From: an uncultured Candidatus Saccharibacteria bacterium | Lineage (GTDB): Bacteria > Patescibacteriota > Minisyncoccia > Phycocordibacterales > CAYRGE01 | Direction of reading: 5' to 3' | DNA: 64,000 nt | Assembly: GCA_964612415.1 (NCBI GenBank) | Contig: CAZTCT010000001.1 | Coordinates: forward strand, 137,949 to 201,948 | In this document: positions 38,101 to 45,884 of the stretch, one piece after another | Numbering within the stretch: position 1 is the first letter of the stretch | Layout of the letters: each line of letters starts with the position of its first letter | The notes under the pieces: generated by a model | What the model saw: the letters and a program-made list of their open reading frames with translations, nothing else | Told to the model about the DNA's origin: nothing | Databases searched by the model: none | Position numbers and translations under genes: made by a program

Positions 38101-39386
38101 TTGAACGACAGGTTATTTATACCGAGCTTAATAATGATGTGAATCTGATCGTGCCAGGTGGGGCAAGGGGCGCAAACTGGATGTATGTAAAAGGTGAATC
38201 AGTGGAGCGTCTAATGAATACTCGCCTTCAAGCCCCTCGTGCCGGGTATGTACCACAGCAGAGGAGTCCTTGGTCAGTAAGCGGAAGAATTCATATTGGT
38301 GGTCGCCATTCGGCATCTCAAGATTTTCTTAGAATTGAACATCGGCCCACACCTCCACCGCCAGTATATAGAGGTCCATTGCCAGTAGGACTTCGTTCTC
38401 CAGAGACAGTGGCGAATTTGCAAAGTTACATCAATGCCCTTGAAGAGCAGAGCGGTCTTTCATGGAGAAGGAGCGGCTACTCTGTTGAAAGATATATATA
38501 TGAGGCGACCAAAGTTTCAGGAAGGATGAACAATGTACCTGGCTTTGGCGACAACCCGATTCCTGGACCCGGCGGAGGACTCACCAGATCAAGCGGATGG
38601 TCTCAGGCTATTGCTGAGAACATGCGCAATAATGTCAACCAAGTTCCTAATGCAAAAGTTGCTGATGAATTTGTCAGAGACCATTTCAATGAATTCACAT
38701 CGCAATACTACTCTTCTCCAGAAGGAAGGAGTGATGCGGACCTCAATGTGATGCTTCAGAATGCGTACAAGATGCGCACCTCTCTTAATGAGCTCAACGA
38801 CAAATTTGGTATTTCTGATTATCAGGCGCGAAGCGAGCAGATTGAGGGAATCATCACAAAACTAGAGCGACAGACAGGGGCATCAAGTGGGGCTCCTCGC
38901 ATCGTGGCACGGGTATATGAAGAAAAGGATTTAACACCTTCTTCATTTAGCAAATTAGAACCTGGAGAGATTAAGGATATTCTCAATGTGCCTGTAGGCG
39001 AAGAAGAAGGGAAAGAGGTCATGAAGAATGTTGCCGATGAAGTAAATAAAATCTTCCAAACAAATGGCGCGCCAAAGAATGGGTTTGATTATGGAGAAGG
39101 AATTGGAAATATGAGTGCTGACTGGGAGGATATGAAAGGGAGGACTATAGATGAAATTCTCCATGCCAAGCTTCCTACCTCAAAGATCGTCGACGGCAAA
39201 ATCATTCCTCCAGAGGAGGGGGTCGGCATTCACTCTACGAAATTTTTGACGAAGGTACGCGCAGAGCTTATCCCCAAACTAGAATACCAAAGCGGTCTTC
39301 CTGCACATGGGCCAACTACACTTGAAGATTATATTAAGGATGCCCACGTACTTATAAAACGCGGACCTGACTTTAAGCCTGAATAA
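35115..39386 (+). CDS. Giant (1423 aa) protein: strongly acidic N-terminal region, central double-TM hairpin, long charged/coiled-coil and Pro/Gly-containing C-terminal region; function unknown
   Basis: Uninterrupted ORF. The first approximately 200 aa are Glu/Asp-rich. The hydrophobic segment GMYAAVGAGTRFAVVGALGIAAVPVMGATVAPVAVGAIAASALVGRWIGRRR would make two TM helices. It sits immediately downstream of the coupling-ATPase-like gene. Confidence 0.5.
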   Translation: MSMEGRPRMPSEETPEGSGMTPEDTNLENTERVEPDLHGAAEEILEQRGETGIEVPVISVGDEAQEDPEGGVLEGEALDNALREALHGDDARFEQNVQIETGEIAPVQGEHNDKYVLHEENGARVWRKNNGDESTPIQEGTPDAQNGSEALINDGALEGQEEGEGTPIDADAEKAQEPAVSKEEVSATPESIEREPGSLAVALEETAQSVVAEKQERMEEALSPEQIATPEYAKKAIDHELARLGINPEDIAKDEAFKEFNELSDGQKLLVARDLNRFAFSESKIKAHEEFNKRNQEEGVLNVKRIARNVFRNVNIASYRKAELKKAMAGGVGMHGETLKVLAEKAKIGPEVEIDSAGNLNVQYAKLEGLSAEEQKVVRFYNKVAGNYGRTPAEWGNKSATNEQKMEYWANKEEYNRARKELLALKEAKSSSEDAMQYVNSLDALVTQDQFLNTVSGEKLEESMQRAATGSALWQGWKETITERGMYAAVGAGTRFAVVGALGIAAVPVMGATVAPVAVGAIAASALVGRWIGRRRMRQTLDEKEMLRRHGDKASEEQKNVWKDKLAKTTRATDGGDIESYKKGANERGKILEKRYAERGITVSAEALDDKLGLAFAQFEKEEDPKKRSKALVSLRARIGYTQDKIDKGEVNFGNGVDQLKNQLDLIQGLSRARAHSVIEDPDVKKELDEKMGELTKYQGHMRSRVEQAEKKRINAAGRTGALIAATFTGASYAITDFVMSGKGANLADNAKEFAGHLKAKLPYGLGDEELHRELESSAARVYNPGSENGSNLWNMIEHDLRGDLKGLEGHERDAVIMAGLNKFRELTPEQLKEIGFSSASGENNVENILKLVRPTDRINFSRVYNTADLHNILGRMHAVALEKGEMPVPATGSSVVAESATSSGTPTAPAHVPSGGKAPSVSELPSSAGKSVPPEAADMPLTTQRAIPSEPKGNGSIFSTDEIEKYRGSGGGKVEQVAYTPRTPQEIVKIPSSDFERQVIYTELNNDVNLIVPGGARGANWMYVKGESVERLMNTRLQAPRAGYVPQQRSPWSVSGRIHIGGRHSASQDFLRIEHRPTPPPPVYRGPLPVGLRSPETVANLQSYINALEEQSGLSWRRSGYSVERYIYEATKVSGRMNNVPGFGDNPIPGPGGGLTRSSGWSQAIAENMRNNVNQVPNAKVADEFVRDHFNEFTSQYYSSPEGRSDADLNVMLQNAYKMRTSLNELNDKFGISDYQARSEQIEGIITKLERQTGASSGAPRIVARVYEEKDLTPSSFSKLEPGEIKDILNVPVGEEEGKEVMKNVADEVNKIFQTNGAPKNGFDYGEGIGNMSADWEDMKGRTIDEILHAKLPTSKIVDGKIIPPEEGVGIHSTKFLTKVRAELIPKLEYQSGLPAHGPTTLEDYIKDAHVLIKRGPDFKPE

Positions 39387-39396
39387 ATTTTCTTTT

Positions 39397-39424
39397 TGAC
39401 AAAGTCTAGTCTTTGGCTAGAATA
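39397..39424 (+). promoter_or_regulatory. Sigma70-like promoter TTGACA-N16-TAGAAT for ndk (near-leaderless)
   Basis: The -10 ends 8 nt before the ndk ATG and no SD is present. Confidence 0.45.
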
Positions 39425-39432
39425 GTGCCCAT

Positions 39433-39909
39433 ATGACACACCCAAAAGAAGAACAGACACTTATCCTTATTAAGCCAGATGCTATTCATCGTGCGCTTGT
39501 AGGTGAGATCATCAAACGCTTTGAGATGAAAGGGCTCAAGATTATTGGCATGAAGATGATACAGCTAGAGGATGTCTTACTTGAATCACACTATGCACAC
39601 ATCAAAGACAAGCCATTTTTCGTGGGCATCAAGAAGTTTATGAAATCGTCTCCTGTGGTAGGCCTTGTGCTCTCGGGTATTAACGCGATATCGGCAACAC
39701 GTATCATTGTAGGACCCACGAAGGGATATGAAGCGGACGCGGGGAGCATTCGTGGAGATTTGTCTCTCTCAATCCAGTCTAATGTTGTGCATGCATCAGA
39801 TAGCGCTGAAGCTGCCAAGGAAGAGATCAAGAGATTCTTTAAAGATGAAGAGTTGTTCGAGTACGATAGAAGTGATTTCAACTACATTTACGCAGACGAG
39901 ACATTCTAG
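39433..39909 (+). CDS. ndk: Nucleoside diphosphate kinase
   Basis: LILIKPDAIHRALVGEIIKRFEMKGLKI and the active-site region NVVHASDS. 158 aa. Confidence 0.9.
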   Translation: MTHPKEEQTLILIKPDAIHRALVGEIIKRFEMKGLKIIGMKMIQLEDVLLESHYAHIKDKPFFVGIKKFMKSSPVVGLVLSGINAISATRIIVGPTKGYEADAGSIRGDLSLSIQSNVVHASDSAEAAKEEIKRFFKDEELFEYDRSDFNYIYADETF

Positions 39910-39944
39910 ATTTGCTCGGGGTTTCTTTGAAGGTGTATAATACT

Positions 39945-40135
39945 CTCGGGTTGCTTGGATTAATAAGTCCACTTTTGACACTCGTTAGGGAGTCTCTATT
40001 GGAACGCGCAGGGCATGCCGAAAGGCGTACCGAATGAGCGTTCTTGCGGGCACCCACCTTTATATTTAAAAGGGGGCTTCCGTACTCCAAGCAACCCTTT
40101 ACAACACTCGCCCGTGCGGCGAGTTTTGTATTTCA
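39945..40135 (+). ncRNA. Candidate structured small RNA (approximately 190 nt) with its own promoter, 11-bp 5'/3' closing stem and intrinsic terminator; identity unassigned (6S- or SRP-RNA-like size)
   Basis: Extended -10 promoter TTGCTC-N18-TATAAT at about 39912-39941. The 5' gggttgcttgg (39947-39957) is complementary to ccaagcaaccc (40086-40096). There is an internal GNRA-capped helix (ggcatgcc-gaaa-ggcgtacc) and a terminator ctcgcc-cgtg-cggcgag-ttttgtattt at 40107-40135. No ORF is present. Confidence 0.3.
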
Positions 40136-40158
40136 AGCTTTTTTGCATAAATTATTAT

Positions 40159-40545
40159 ATGTCTTTACGTAATTTTCCTACAGAACTTGCATATCTTGTT
40201 CTCGGCATATTTATCGTGAATACAGCGGCGGTATTTTGGGGCTGGTATTACATAGTTCCCTCTATTGATATCCCACTTCATCTGGCTGGAGGATTTTGGG
40301 TTGGGGGAAGTGGCATGTGGGGCTACTACGCGTTTTCCAAAAAAATATCTAAAAAACTCAGCGTCACGATAGTGGGGTCAATGCTGATTGCCATTGTCAT
40401 TGGCGCTCTTTGGGAGGGGTTTGAGTTCTATACCAATTTATTACTCGCTCGAGAGCCTTTCAGCGCGCTTGATACGATGGGAGACATGATATGCGATATA
40501 ATTGGCGGAGTATGTGCGGGCTGGTATATTTCTAGAAAACCATAA
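40159..40545 (+). CDS. Small polytopic membrane protein (approximately 128 aa, 4 TM; VanZ-like size/topology)
   Basis: Start chosen at MSLRNFPTELAYLVLGIFIVN, after the candidate RNA terminator. The upstream part of the track ORF overlaps that RNA and is rejected. Confidence 0.4.
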   Translation: MSLRNFPTELAYLVLGIFIVNTAAVFWGWYYIVPSIDIPLHLAGGFWVGGSGMWGYYAFSKKISKKLSVTIVGSMLIAIVIGALWEGFEFYTNLLLAREPFSALDTMGDMICDIIGGVCAGWYISRKP

Positions 40546-40553
40546 ACGAATAC

Positions 40554-41924
40554 ATGGACAAAAAACTCTCAATTACTTTTCATGGAGGAGCGCGTAAGGT
40601 TACCGGATCAAACTTTCTCGTCACTACACCCGAAATATCTTTTCTGGTTGACTGCGGACTCTTTCAAGGAGAGCAGGGTGATTCAGCACGGAATCAAGAG
40701 AAATTCCCATACGATCCGTCTTCTATCGGGGCCTTGTTTGTGACGCACGCGCATCTTGACCATATTGGGCGCATTCCGGCGCTAGTGAGCTCAGGATTTT
40801 CTGGGCCAATCTATTCAACACATCCAACGCGTGATATGGCAGAGCTTGTTTTTGCCGACGGGGTGCGCATCTTTGAATACAACGAAAGGACAAAAGGTAT
40901 TAAGCCGCCTTACACAAAAGCAGATGTTGCCAAGACGTTGAGTCTTTGGCAGCCGATTGAATACCACAAAAAAATAGAACTTAGTCCAAATGTAACTGTT
41001 TCCTTATTGAACTCAGGGCACATTCTTGGTTCTGCCATGGTGGATATTTCTTATGCAGGGAAGAGGGTTGTGTTCACTGGCGATCTTGGCAATTCTCCTG
41101 CGCCACTTCTGCAAGATGTTGAGTCAATTAAGGGGGCTGACTACTTAGTCATGGAAAGTGTATATGGCAATCGTACGCATGAAGGGCGAGAAGACAGAGT
41201 GCGTATTTTTGAAGAGATCATTGAGGAGACCATCAAGGCGAAGGGTGTGCTCATGATCCCCGCGTTTTCTATTGAGAGGACACAAAATCTTCTTTTTGAA
41301 CTTGATCACCTTGTGACCTCAAAGAAAATTCCGGACGTGCCTGTATTTTTGGACTCACCACTTGCGATAGGAATCACGGAAATTTACAAGAAATATCGCG
41401 GTTCATTTAATGAACGAGCACAGGACATCTTAGCAAATGATGGGACTGTCTTTGAATTCCCACGTCTCAAAAAGACCAAAGAAGTGGAAGACTCTATTGC
41501 CATTAATGACGCACCAGCACCCAAGATCATCATTGCAGGGTCGGGCATGTCGGATGGGGGACGCATTATGCATCATGAGAAGCGCTATCTGGCAGATCCT
41601 CACAATACGCTGCTACTTGCGGGGTTTCAGGCCGTGGGGACGCTTGGACGTGCACTTTCGGACGGGGCAAAAGAGGTTGAAATTGATGGAGCGAAAATTC
41701 CCGTTCGAGCACGTATTATCGCACTGCGCGGGTATTCTGCTCACTGTGACTCAGACGGGCTGCTTGAATTTGTGAACAATGGAGCTGATTCGCTCAAGCA
41801 GGTGTTTGTCGTGTTGGGAGAGCCGGAGAGCTCGTTTTTCCTTGCACAACGGATACAAGATTATTTGGGCGTAAAAGCTACGGTGCCAAATCAAGGGGAT
41901 ACAGTTGAGTTGCAATTTGATTAA
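40554..41924 (+). CDS. MBL-fold beta-CASP family RNA-metabolising hydrolase (RNase J / CPSF73-like)
   Basis: HAHLDHIGRIP (HxHxDH), a beta-CASP segment, and C-terminal RGYSAHCD (motif C). 456 aa. Confidence 0.75.
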   Translation: MDKKLSITFHGGARKVTGSNFLVTTPEISFLVDCGLFQGEQGDSARNQEKFPYDPSSIGALFVTHAHLDHIGRIPALVSSGFSGPIYSTHPTRDMAELVFADGVRIFEYNERTKGIKPPYTKADVAKTLSLWQPIEYHKKIELSPNVTVSLLNSGHILGSAMVDISYAGKRVVFTGDLGNSPAPLLQDVESIKGADYLVMESVYGNRTHEGREDRVRIFEEIIEETIKAKGVLMIPAFSIERTQNLLFELDHLVTSKKIPDVPVFLDSPLAIGITEIYKKYRGSFNERAQDILANDGTVFEFPRLKKTKEVEDSIAINDAPAPKIIIAGSGMSDGGRIMHHEKRYLADPHNTLLLAGFQAVGTLGRALSDGAKEVEIDGAKIPVRARIIALRGYSAHCDSDGLLEFVNNGADSLKQVFVVLGEPESSFFLAQRIQDYLGVKATVPNQGDTVELQFD

Positions 41925-41944
41925 GAGCACGAGATGATACTAGT

Positions 41945-42571
41945 ATGAATGAAAAAAAGCATGACCACCTAAAAGTAAAAATATGTGTTTCTGGCGCAGC
42001 TGAGACAGGACACTGTGGTATGGATGCGCTTGATCGCGCCAAAGATCTCGGACGAGAGATTATACGCAACAATGCAGTGATCGTGACTGGTGCAACCACA
42101 GGGTTCCCCATGTGGTCAGCTATTGGCGCGAAGGAAGAAGGCGGAATTTCAATCGGGCTTTCTCCTGCATCAACCGAGAAAGAGCATGTTGAAAGCTATC
42201 GTCTCCCACTAGACTACATGGACGTCATCATTTATACAGGATTTGGATATTCGGGGCGCAACCTTCTTCTTACCCGTTCGTCTGATGCGGTGATAGTGGG
42301 GTGTGGACGCATTGGGACCATCAACGAATTTACGATTGCGTATGAGGACCATAAGCCCATCGGCATCTTACAGGGGAGCTGGGAGACAGACGAGGTTATC
42401 AAGCTTATCTTAGATAAAGGGCATCGTGGCGATGGGAATGTTGTTTTCGATACTAATCCGAAGCGTCTTGTGGAGAAAGTGCTCAAGCTCGTAGAGGAGC
42501 AGAAGACGAGAGATAATTACGTCTATAAGAATGTAAAGATTGAAGGAGGAGGAGGGAAGCGAATCTACTAA
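41945..42571 (+). CDS. TIGR00725/LOG-family Rossmann-fold protein (SLOG superfamily)
   Basis: ICVSGAAETGH...VIVTGATTGFPMWSAIGAKEEGGISIGLSP...IYTGFGYSGRNLLL pattern of LOG/TIGR00725 proteins. Confidence 0.55.
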   Translation: MNEKKHDHLKVKICVSGAAETGHCGMDALDRAKDLGREIIRNNAVIVTGATTGFPMWSAIGAKEEGGISIGLSPASTEKEHVESYRLPLDYMDVIIYTGFGYSGRNLLLTRSSDAVIVGCGRIGTINEFTIAYEDHKPIGILQGSWETDEVIKLILDKGHRGDGNVVFDTNPKRLVEKVLKLVEEQKTRDNYVYKNVKIEGGGGKRIY

Positions 42572-42583
42572 AAAAGTGCAATA

Positions 42584-42618
42584 AAAAACGGCTCAACCGA
42601 TCGGTTGAGCCGTTTTTC
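42584..42618. terminator. Palindromic terminator element, family copy 3 (aaaaaacggctcaaccgatcggttgagccgttttt)
   Basis: Identical core to copy 2, between convergent genes 41945-42571(+) and rplT(-). Confidence 0.65.
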
Positions 42619-42634
42619 CATCCCAAGAGAGGGG

Positions 42635-42982
42635 TTATTTCTTCACCTCTGCGACGATCTTTGCGAACTCTCCTTCGTGGTTCTCTGCGATATCAGCGAG
42701 GATTTTGCGATCAAGTGCGATATTTTTCTTCTTGAGAGCTCCGATGAAGGCGCTGTATGAGAGTCCAAGTGGGCGTACTGCTGCACCGATCTTGATCTGC
42801 CATAGGCGGCGATAGTCATTCTTTTTATCGCGGCGGTGTGCTCGCGCGTGTGAACCCGCGTGTACGATCGCCTCGTGTGCCTGGCGCTCCTTTTTGCTGC
42901 GGCCAAATTTATATCCCTTAACTTGCTTAAGGACATTTCGGCGGCGCTTTAATGCTACTTTTCCTCCTTTTACTCGTGGCAT
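42635..42982 (-). CDS. rplT: 50S ribosomal protein L20
   Basis: MPRVKGGKVALKRRRNVLKQVKGYKFGR matches bL20. Confidence 0.9.
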   Translation of the reverse strand: MPRVKGGKVALKRRRNVLKQVKGYKFGRSKKERQAHEAIVHAGSHARAHRRDKKNDYRRLWQIKIGAAVRPLGLSYSAFIGALKKKNIALDRKILADIAENHEGEFAKIVAEVKK

Positions 42983-43006
42983 GGTAGTTTCGTTACGTTC
43001 TTAATA

Positions 43007-43189
43007 TTAAGAGGGGATAAATCGGCTTTGAGCCTTCTTCTTCATAATAAAGTGTGTGGTGCGCTTCTTGTTGAGCTGAACTTTGCGGCTCTTCTTTGCG
43101 TTGAAGTGGTCGTGTCCTGGCTTACGCGCAACAAGCTTGCCCGTACGGGTTACCTTCAATCGCTTTGTATATGATTTGTTTGTCTTCAT
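43007..43189 (-). CDS. rpmI: 50S ribosomal protein L35
   Basis: MKTNKSYTKRLKVTRTGKLVARKPGHDHFNAKKS matches bL35. Confidence 0.85.
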   Translation of the reverse strand: MKTNKSYTKRLKVTRTGKLVARKPGHDHFNAKKSRKVQLNKKRTTHFIMKKKAQSRFIPS

Positions 43190-43190
43190 G

Positions 43191-43721
43191 TTATTTTTTC
43201 CCTCTCTCTATAACGATAGTGAAGCCTTTTGGGCTTTTCTTTGCTTCTTCGGCAATCTTATACTCCTCGGAAATAAGGTTCAAAATACGTGAAAGTCGTT
43301 CCTCTTGGAAAGTCTTGTCTGTGTATTTTGCGCGCCCTGGGAGGAAAAGATCTATTTTTACGCGGTGTCCCTCGGTAAGCCATTTTGAGGCCATCTTGGC
43401 CTTAAGTCCCAAGTCATGTTCGGATGTCCCGATCTTGACCTGAACCGTCTTGGTCTCAGTGACATGAGCTCGTGTCTTGGTATCCCTCTGCTTTTTGTTC
43501 TGTTGGTATTGGTACTTCCCGTAGTCCATTATCTTGGCAACAGGAGGTACTGCCGTCGGGGATATCTCGATTAGGTCCAATCCTCTCTCCTTTGCTGTCG
43601 CGAGGGCTTCTTTAAGGGAGATAACACCAAAGTTCTCACCTTCCTCTCCTATAACGCGAAGCTCTTTGGAGCGGATCTGCTCATTTATAGGCGTCCTTTT
43701 ATAGCTATCTTTCGGGGTCAA
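43191..43721 (-). CDS. infC: Translation initiation factor IF-3
   Basis: INEQIRSKELRVIGEEGENFGV... plus the C-terminal domain. Canonical infC-rpmI-rplT order. The true start may be a non-ATG codon. Confidence 0.9.
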   Translation of the reverse strand: MTPKDSYKRTPINEQIRSKELRVIGEEGENFGVISLKEALATAKERGLDLIEISPTAVPPVAKIMDYGKYQYQQNKKQRDTKTRAHVTETKTVQVKIGTSEHDLGLKAKMASKWLTEGHRVKIDLFLPGRAKYTDKTFQEERLSRILNLISEEYKIAEEAKKSPKGFTIVIERGKK

Positions 43722-43853
43722 ATGCGTTCTAAATTAAATTCCGCCGAAGCGGATGTAGGGCAAGTGTACATCTAAGGTAGGCAAAAGTCAACCCTATAAA
43801 CAGGCCTTTTGAAAGGAAACGCCCGCCAAGATAGGCGGGCGTGGGAGATGAAC

Positions 43854-44363
43854 TTACGGCACAATGACTTCCACTTCTGTGACGCTGACACGGCGAGGAG
43901 CTTTCCCGTCGTTGACATCAACCATGAGGGAAAAGTGTTTCCCATCTATGATATAAGGACGGTGCTCCATGGCGGTGCCACCTGACTTCTTCGTATGTTG
44001 CGGGAGCACGTATTTGACCGTACCGGTAAATGGCATTTCTTGCGTGATGGGGGAATAGTCGGTGGAGCCAGTTTTGCGTACGATTTGCTGAATGGTCTTT
44101 TGCTCCACCCATCTCACTTTTTTGCCAATCCAGTCGTGTGCGTCCACCATGTGCCCGATCCGCTCCTTTGTTCTTTTTAGGTTCTCTTCCGGATTTCGTC
44201 CGATATATTTTAGCCACTCACTTGCTACGCTTGCATGCATTTGCTCAATAAAATCTGCTTCGATGGCACAAACCACGCACATTTCTTTTAGCACAGAACG
44301 TGAATGAACGTCCGAGAAAAAAATCATCGGACCGGGGTTTCTCCGTAGGTGACGTTTTTGCAT
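43854..44363 (-). CDS. Hypothetical protein (169 aa)
   Basis: Clean ORF followed downstream (lower coordinates) by the hairpin cgcccgcc-aagatag-gcgggcg. No recognisable motifs. Confidence 0.4.
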   Translation of the reverse strand: MQKRHLRRNPGPMIFFSDVHSRSVLKEMCVVCAIEADFIEQMHASVASEWLKYIGRNPEENLKRTKERIGHMVDAHDWIGKKVRWVEQKTIQQIVRKTGSTDYSPITQEMPFTGTVKYVLPQHTKKSGGTAMEHRPYIIDGKHFSLMVDVNDGKAPRRVSVTEVEVIVP

Positions 44364-44475
44364 CAGGAACCTCCTGCTTTACTAGGCGTATCGTTGTCTG
44401 TGCCGAATATAACACAGATTTATAAAAAAACGACCCCCAACAAAGAGGGTCAAAGGGGTGGACGCGACGGTGGTA

Positions 44476-44580
44476 TTAGTCGGCAGAAGCTACGATGAGA
44501 TACAGAGCAATAATAACTGCAGCAAGTGGCAGAATGTCTTCGGGTGCAATGTGTGGGAGCCTTATCTTTGGCATTTTCAT
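44476..44580 (-). CDS. Candidate small hydrophobic peptide (34 aa; MKMPKIRLPHIAPEDILPLAAVIIALYLIVASAD)
   Basis: A GGAGGTG Shine-Dalgarno lies 5 nt upstream of the ATG. The C-terminal half is a single TM helix. It is below the ORF-track size cutoff. Confidence 0.25.
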   Translation of the reverse strand: MKMPKIRLPHIAPEDILPLAAVIIALYLIVASAD

Positions 44581-44661
44581 CAGCACCTCCTAGCAAACAA
44601 TCCCACTACAAGAGTATCACAAAAGATGTTCGGATGCAGGAGTCCGATATATACTAAGCAT

Positions 44662-45309
44662 ATGAAGATTACAAAGTTCGGACACAGCTGTCTTTTGATA
44701 GAAGAAGGGATTGCGCGTATCTTACTTGATCCAGGAGAGTATTCCGACATCCCTCGCGTGTCTGGACTCTCGGCCATTTTGATCACACACGAACATCGCG
44801 ATCATATATCAATACCAAAGCTGCAAACTATTTTAGAAAACAATGAAGGAGTAGAGATTATCACACATGAAGGAGTGGGCAAGCTTCTTGATACTGCGGG
44901 GATTGCGTATCGTTATTTAGGACACGAGGACGGAATAAATATAAATGGAGTTTCAATTGAGAGCTTTGGCGTCAATCACGAAGTGATACACGACACGGTC
45001 CCCATTGTGAGAAACACAGGATTTCTGATCGCAAAGCATTTTTTCTATCCAGGTGATAGGCTCTACAATCCTCATGTTCCAGTTGAGATACTTGGGTTGC
45101 CGGTTGCAGCACCATGGGCCACCATAGGGTATTTGGCGGATTACGCAAAAGAGGTAAATCCAAAAAAAGTAATCCCCATGCATGATGGGATGCTCAAACA
45201 AGGAGATATTCTCACTAATGGTCCCACACGCAAACTTTTAAAAAAAATTTTAGAACCGCTTGGTATTGAGTATGTAGACATGGAGGAAGGTTCTGTGTGG
45301 GAGGGGTAA
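44662..45309 (+). CDS. MBL-fold metallo-hydrolase
   Basis: Starts at MKITKFGHSCLLIEEG with HxHxDH as ITHEHRDH. The start was set at the internal Met. The 5' part of the longer track ORF overlaps the antisense small ORF. Confidence 0.7.
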   Translation: MKITKFGHSCLLIEEGIARILLDPGEYSDIPRVSGLSAILITHEHRDHISIPKLQTILENNEGVEIITHEGVGKLLDTAGIAYRYLGHEDGININGVSIESFGVNHEVIHDTVPIVRNTGFLIAKHFFYPGDRLYNPHVPVEILGLPVAAPWATIGYLADYAKEVNPKKVIPMHDGMLKQGDILTNGPTRKLLKKILEPLGIEYVDMEEGSVWEG

Positions 45310-45366
45310 AAAGAAAAGCTCTGCGAGGCATTCGCAGAGCTTTTGCTCAAAGGCAAGACGGTTGCT

Positions 45367-45780
45367 TTAGAGCGCGCGACGGATTCGTTCAACTGATCTT
45401 CTGAATGATTTGGTGTTGAATGTACCGTCTGAGATTTTAATAGCGCTTGTTTTGGTATACAACAAGCGGGCTGGAGATCCCACATTACCATCATACAAAA
45501 TAGGGCCACCTATCATTGCGATAGGGTACACATCAATGATGTTGTTCGTGGGAGTGCATACCCAACTGTGACGGTACACTCTGTGGAAGTATCCATCACA
45601 GTAAGGTAAATGGAATACTCTTGCCACCGCCCGGGCGAGCATGTGGCAGGATAGTACAATAGGTCTTCCCATCTCATTGACCCCCAGGTCAATATCTGGG
45701 AGGGCCTGTATTCTTTTGCTGACTTCCTCGAAAAGGACTATCTCATCATCGGGGATGTATCTACGAACGTAGGGTGTCAT
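45367..45780 (-). CDS. Hypothetical protein (137 aa)
   Basis: ORF downstream of ssrA on the same strand. No motifs recognised. Confidence 0.4.
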   Translation of the reverse strand: MTPYVRRYIPDDEIVLFEEVSKRIQALPDIDLGVNEMGRPIVLSCHMLARAVARVFHLPYCDGYFHRVYRHSWVCTPTNNIIDVYPIAMIGGPILYDGNVGSPARLLYTKTSAIKISDGTFNTKSFRRSVERIRRAL

Positions 45781-45884
45781 CGGAGACTCCTCCTCTAGAA
45801 GGTGACTTCTGGGGGCACTCTAAACAATGGTGATATTGTTGTCAAAAACAAAAACGCCCACGAAAGGCGTTTTGTTGTTGGCTG

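Noticed and set aside
43722-43853. Possible tRNA or ncRNA in the infC upstream region
   Set aside because: The region contains a hairpin terminator (cgcccgcc-aagatag-gcgggcg) for the upstream gene and presumably the L20-responsive infC leader. No cloverleaf could be drawn.
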